A DNA stretch of 32,784 bases from Proteobacteria bacterium UBA6921 (GTDB lineage: Bacteria > Pseudomonadota > Gammaproteobacteria > SG8-11), in the NCBI GenBank assembly GCA_002450895.1, contig DKAR01000168.1, positions 8,734 to 41,517 on the forward strand. The letters are read 5' to 3'. Under the pieces are notes generated by a model. It was not told where the DNA came from. It was given only the letters and a program-made list of their open reading frames with translations, and ran no database searches. Position 1 is the stretch's first letter. Each line of letters begins with the position of its first letter. Shown in pieces: positions 28,471 to 32,784 of this stretch. Both the position numbers and the translations under genes were made by a program.

Positions 28471-28530
28471 GCCTGAAATTCGTGCTGTCACAACGCTCGG
28501 ATCAATCATCCACCAACACTGGGGAATGCC

Positions 28531-30735
28531 ATGAAGAAAATCATCAACGCTTTCGCACTGAGCCTTACGCTCGCGCCGCTATCTGCGGCATTCGCAACCG
28601 CAATACAACCGCAGCCCGCCGCCACGGATTCGAAGTTGGTGCAGTTCAGGGCGGACGATCACGTCGTGGGCTTTCTGCCCAACAAGGTGATGCTCGTCCA
28701 GTCCGACCACTCGCTCACCGCGGAGTTTGTCGGTGCGCGGACGGTAGAGCCAGCGATCCGAATCAGCGGCGCACAAACGGACAGAAGGCAACTCGCGGAG
28801 CTGGGTCGTGTCGAGTACCCGAATCTGTGGAACGGAATCACCGCACGTTTTGAATCTGACAACGACGGCGTTGCCGAATCCACCTACCTCGTGGCGCCCG
28901 GCGCCGATGTCTCGCGCATCCAACTCCGGTACAACGCGACCACAACCCTGCAACCGGACGGAACGTTGCGCCACGCCCTGCCGACGAAGCGTGGCTGGAT
29001 CACCGAGACCAAACCGGTTGCGTGGCAAGATATCAACGGCAAACGCATCAGTGTGGCCGTGAGTTTCAACATCGAACACGAACATGTCGGTTTCCGCGTT
29101 GGCCCGTACGACAAGAAGCACGAACTCGTGATCGATCCTGTCTATCAGTGGCACACGTTCTACGGTTCGGTAAGCGATGATGGCGCGACCTCGATCGCCA
29201 TCGACGCGAGTGACAATGTGTACGTCACGGGCTGGAGCGATGCGACCTGGAACGGCAGCAACAATCAAAGCCCGAAACATCCACACAGCGGCAACACAAA
29301 GGGCGACCTCTTTGTCCTGAAGCTCGACAGCACCGGCTCGTACCAGTGGCATACGTTCTACGGGTCGACCGGTGGCAGTGTTCTGGGCGGAGCCGGGATC
29401 GCCGTGGGCGGCGACGGAAATGTGGTCGTTGCCGCGACCAGCGCGACCGCCTGGGTCGGAGATGGCGGCGCCGCTCCGATTCGCGCTTACGACAACACCA
29501 CTACCAATTCAGCCATCCTGAAGCTTGGCAGCAACGGCAGCTACAAATGGCATACGTTCTATCCGCAATCGTTCACCTCTCTTTACGGAGGTGCGGGCGT
29601 GGCCAGCGACAGCTCGGGCAACGTATATATCGCCGGCGGCACGGTGACCGCGTTCACGGGCGACAGTGGCCAGAACCCGTTACATCCGCTCCAGACATCG
29701 GCCACCAATTTGATGCTCCTGAAACTCAACAGTAACGGGACGTACGCGTGGCACACCTACTACGGCCTCGGGGGTTATTTGCTTCTCGGCTTCGGCAGCG
29801 GACTGGTTGCTACCGACGATGCCGTCTATACATCCGGCTGGAGCCAGACGTCGTGGAACGGCGACAACAACACCGCACCGCTGCATGGTCACAGCGGCGA
29901 TGCCGATCTCTTCGTGATGAAACTGTCCAGTAGCGGCGCATACCAGTGGCATACATTCCACGGTGGCACCGGTGCGGACATGGGCGGACGACTTGCCGTG
30001 AACGGAGGTAGCGTCTATCTCATGGGGTCCAGCAACGCTTCATGGCTGGGCAATGGCGTCACGGCACCGCTGAATTCGTACAGCGGCAAGTCGGACATTG
30101 TCATCGTGAAACTCACCGACGCCGGTGCATATCAGTGGCACACTTTCTATGGGTCGACCGACGACGACGGCGGCGCCGCAATTTTGGGCATGGATGGTCT
30201 CGCATCGGACTCGGCAGGCAACGTGTACATCACGACACTGAGCTCCAAAAAGTGGCAAGGCGACGGCGGCGCGGAGCCACGGCAGTCATCCAACACCGGT
30301 GGAGGCTGGGTCGCGCTGAAACTGAGCGGCACTGGTGCATACCAGTGGCATACCTTCTATGGGTTTGGCGTTTACCAGTTCAGCCAAGGCCTCGCGCTGG
30401 ACAGCAACAGCAACATGTACGTCACCGGCTGGGGCATTGACTGGTCACCATTTTTCGGCACCACAGGCACTGCTCCACTGCACGGGTACAGCGGCGATAC
30501 CGACATCTGGGTCGCGAAGCTCGATACGGACTACGTCGGCAACGGCGGAACACCCACCACGCCTGACGTTCCGAACAACCCCGGCACTCCGAATTCGCCA
30601 GACACACCGAGCGGTCCGAGCGGCCCCAACGTACCAGGCTCCGGAGGGGGTGGAATGGTTACGCCGATACAGCTGTTAGTAGCTTTGTTCACACTCGGGT
30701 GCGTAGCTCTCTCCCGCCGCAACGCACGCCAGTAA
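28531..30735 (+). CDS. SBBP-type seven-repeat beta-propeller surface protein with a GlyGly-CTERM-like anchor
   Basis: Signal peptide; N-terminal domain typical of SBBP proteins (Y.NLW.GI, Y.VAPGAD...IQL.Y, P.AWQ..NG, GF.VG.YD...LVIDP); seven Y(Q/K/A)WHT(F/Y) repeats; Pro/Gly/Ser linker; SGGGG + TM + RRNARQ. Confidence 0.85.
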   Translation: MKKIINAFALSLTLAPLSAAFATAIQPQPAATDSKLVQFRADDHVVGFLPNKVMLVQSDHSLTAEFVGARTVEPAIRISGAQTDRRQLAELGRVEYPNLWNGITARFESDNDGVAESTYLVAPGADVSRIQLRYNATTTLQPDGTLRHALPTKRGWITETKPVAWQDINGKRISVAVSFNIEHEHVGFRVGPYDKKHELVIDPVYQWHTFYGSVSDDGATSIAIDASDNVYVTGWSDATWNGSNNQSPKHPHSGNTKGDLFVLKLDSTGSYQWHTFYGSTGGSVLGGAGIAVGGDGNVVVAATSATAWVGDGGAAPIRAYDNTTTNSAILKLGSNGSYKWHTFYPQSFTSLYGGAGVASDSSGNVYIAGGTVTAFTGDSGQNPLHPLQTSATNLMLLKLNSNGTYAWHTYYGLGGYLLLGFGSGLVATDDAVYTSGWSQTSWNGDNNTAPLHGHSGDADLFVMKLSSSGAYQWHTFHGGTGADMGGRLAVNGGSVYLMGSSNASWLGNGVTAPLNSYSGKSDIVIVKLTDAGAYQWHTFYGSTDDDGGAAILGMDGLASDSAGNVYITTLSSKKWQGDGGAEPRQSSNTGGGWVALKLSGTGAYQWHTFYGFGVYQFSQGLALDSNSNMYVTGWGIDWSPFFGTTGTAPLHGYSGDTDIWVAKLDTDYVGNGGTPTTPDVPNNPGTPNSPDTPSGPSGPNVPGSGGGGMVTPIQLLVALFTLGCVALSRRNARQ

Positions 30736-30769
30736 TCTCGAAGAGTCATTGATTCAATCGAGGTAGAAA

Positions 30770-30805
30770 CGGTCCCGATCGGCTGACGATCGGGACCGCT
30801 AGTTT
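30770..30805 (+). terminator. Probable terminator closing module 1
   Basis: 12-bp perfect stem CGGTCCCGATCG-GCTGA-CGATCGGGACCG (30770-30798) then CTAGTTT, 35 bp after the stop. Confidence 0.65.
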
Positions 30806-31061
30806 GCACCGCAACAAGAGCGCACCAACAACCTCGCCGCGCTCTCCTCTCACCCTGCTGAAGTTCTTCACCCGCAATCTGGCGCGGTGCGAGTTTCGCA
30901 ATTGCATGCAATTCCGGTGCGGATGCGCGGTACAAGAAAAACAATACGTAATACCACGCCTTTGTCACGCATAACTCCCGATCGCAAAGTCAGTGTTCGA
31001 CCACTTTCGTCCCGCGACGATCAGAGTCGGCGCTCGCAATGTCGCCGTCAAAACAAAAACG

Positions 31062-31097
31062 TTGACAATCTTGACTGGTGGGAAAATAATCCCGCCA
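31062..31097 (+). promoter_or_regulatory. Sigma70 promoter with a GGG-N8-CCC operator over the -10 box, upstream of DUF6502 copy 2
   Basis: TTGACA (31062-31067), 17 bp, AATAAT (31085-31090). Inverted repeat TGGTGGG-AAAATAAT-CCCGCCA (31076-31097). Confidence 0.72.
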
Positions 31098-31098
31098 T

Positions 31099-31905
31099 AT
31101 GAAGACCGTCGAAACCGCCATCGTTGCCGCCCTCGAGAAGATCCTGACCCCGCTGGTGAGGATTCTGATTCGATTCAATGTGTCCCACAGCGAATTCAGC
31201 GAGGTCGTCCGGCGTGTATATGTTAAGGTCAGCACCGTCGACCTCGCGGTCGATGGCGAACCACCGACGCTGTCGAGAATTGCGGTGGTTACCGGACTCA
31301 GCAGAAAGGAAGTTGTCCGGCTTACGGGGGAAGACCAGGCTCAGGAAAAGAGGCCGTCAAACAAGCCCAATCGCGCGCTCCGCGTGATTACCGCCTGGCT
31401 CACCAGCCCCGAATTTCTCGACAAAAAGGGAAACCCGAAAGAACTTCCGATGCGAGGCGAGCGCGCCTCGTTTCTGTCGTTGGTGCGCCAATACAGCGGC
31501 GACATCAAGGGTCGCGCGGTCCTGGAGGAATTGCTCCGGCTGAACGCGGTGGAAGAGACACCGGACAAGACGCTGCGTCTGATCCGCCAGGCGTTCGTTC
31601 CGCTGAACAACGAAGCGGACAAGATTGACGTCATGGGGACGTGCGTAAAGGACATGCTCAGCACGGTAGGCCACAACATCGCAAGGAGAGCCAACGAAGC
31701 GTTTCTGCAGCAGCAAGTCGTCTACCACAACATATCCGAAGACATCGTCGAACAATTTCGCGCGCTGAGCCGCGAGAAATGCGAACGCGTGATCGCCGAA
31801 CTGAGCCAATGGCTCAGCGCACGAAAGAAAGAAACCGCAAACAGCCCCGGCCGCAAAGTCGAGCGACTTGGACTGGGGCTCTACTACATTCAATCACCGG
31901 CTTGA
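31099..31905 (+). CDS. DUF6502-family protein, putative HTH/wHTH regulator (copy 2)
   Basis: Paralog of 18724..19536: LTPLVRILIRF.VSHSEF, TLSRIAVVTGLSRKEVVRL, LPMRGERASF, RAVLEELLRLNAV, RLGLGLYY. Confidence 0.85.
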   Translation: MKTVETAIVAALEKILTPLVRILIRFNVSHSEFSEVVRRVYVKVSTVDLAVDGEPPTLSRIAVVTGLSRKEVVRLTGEDQAQEKRPSNKPNRALRVITAWLTSPEFLDKKGNPKELPMRGERASFLSLVRQYSGDIKGRAVLEELLRLNAVEETPDKTLRLIRQAFVPLNNEADKIDVMGTCVKDMLSTVGHNIARRANEAFLQQQVVYHNISEDIVEQFRALSREKCERVIAELSQWLSARKKETANSPGRKVERLGLGLYYIQSPA

Positions 31906-31919
31906 TGGGGGACTACACC

Positions 31920-32784
31920 ATGCGCAACCAATCGATATGGAATTTGATTTTCAGCTTCGCGTTACTGACGCTGCTGACTGCGTGCGGTGGCGGAGGAGAC
32001 GGCGGCGGCGGCGACGACGGGACCATTGGCACCGGGGTCGTCGAACTCACGGGAACTGCGGCCGTTGGGGACCCGATCGCAAATACTGATGTGACGGTAA
32101 AGGACAGCAAAGGCCGCAAGCGCGTCGGCAAGACGGACAGTAACGGCAAGTATCACATCAATGTATCCGACCTCAACGGACCGTTCCTCGCCAAAGTGAA
32201 GACCGACGACGGCCGCGAATTATTTGCAGCGGCTGAAACTGACGGCGTCGCGAATATTACGCCGCTCAGTGACGTATCGTGCCGCAATTGGTTTGGAACA
32301 CGCGGCCGTCATGTCGAAGATGAATTTGAAACCGACACTGAAATCACCGCGCCACCGCGCGAGAGCGAATTATCCCTTATTCGCAACGCGCTTCGCGCAT
32401 TGTTGCGGCTTGCATATTCACAGTTCGATGTAGATGAAACGTTCGACTTCGACCGAACACCATTCAATGCCGACGGAAGCAAGTTCGACAAACTTCTCGA
32501 CAACCTGACGGTCACGATCACAAAAGACAAGATCACCATCCTGCTGCGCGATCCGGAAACCGGCCTGCAGGCTACCATCATCATCGGTTTTGACTTGGGC
32601 GACGATCTCGCGCAAACGGACACCGAGCCGCCGAGCCAGCCGACTGGACTCGCGGCAATTCCCGCAAGCACCAGCGGTATGGTTGTGGTGTGGAATTCGT
32701 CGACCGACAATGTCGGCGTTGCGGGTTACAACGTCTATCGCGACGGAACCAAGATCGCGACCACACCCTACCCCGTTTTCAGCG
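31920..32784 (+). CDS. 5' part of a lipoprotein paralogous to 19540..25824 (runs off the window; absent from the ORF track)
   Basis: GGGGGA SD, ATG 31920, MRNQSIWNLIFSFALLTLLTACGGGGDGGGGDDGTIGTGVVELTGTAAVG...PLSDVSCRNWFG...IIIGFDLGDDLA...TDNVGVAGYNVYRDG; frame open to the window end. Confidence 0.92.
   Translation, partial: MRNQSIWNLIFSFALLTLLTACGGGGDGGGGDDGTIGTGVVELTGTAAVGDPIANTDVTVKDSKGRKRVGKTDSNGKYHINVSDLNGPFLAKVKTDDGRELFAAAETDGVANITPLSDVSCRNWFGTRGRHVEDEFETDTEITAPPRESELSLIRNALRALLRLAYSQFDVDETFDFDRTPFNADGSKFDKLLDNLTVTITKDKITILLRDPETGLQATIIIGFDLGDDLAQTDTEPPSQPTGLAAIPASTSGMVVVWNSSTDNVGVAGYNVYRDGTKIATTPYPVFS

Noticed and set aside
18600-32784. Accessory region as a mobile element or prophage
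   Set aside because: No integrase, transposase, tRNA, att-like repeat or phage gene is visible in the window.

Overview
Gammaproteobacterial-type chromosomal segment, roughly 60% GC by eye, with two parts. 1-18.5 kb is mostly housekeeping: a 5' fragment of a probable PhoX/DUF839 phosphatase with a Pho-box-like triple repeat, then mfd, then an ~8.4 kb block of mixed genes (OM beta-barrel, orphan PhnD-like binding protein, SWIM-SNF2 helicase, orphan histidine kinase, truncated hemoglobin, LprI-like protein, def), then csiV and a minus-strand CYTH-ampG-L,D-peptidase-nagZ-hpt-MTI phosphorylase operon. 18.6-32.8 kb is an all-plus-strand accessory surface-protein region built from a duplicated two-gene module: a DUF6502 HTH-like protein directly followed by a lipoprotein with a conserved ~250-aa head. 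Copy 1 encodes a 2094-aa repeat lipoprotein and is followed by three more exported proteins. Copy 2 starts at 31099 and runs off the window. Both DUF6502 genes have TTGACA followed, at an identical 18-bp offset, by a GGG-N8-CCC inverted repeat over the -10 box. This suggests an uncharacterised autoregulated 'DUF6502 regulator + modular surface lipoprotein' system. No rRNA, tRNA, CRISPR array, integrase or transposase was seen. Family assignments come from motif recognition, not database searches.
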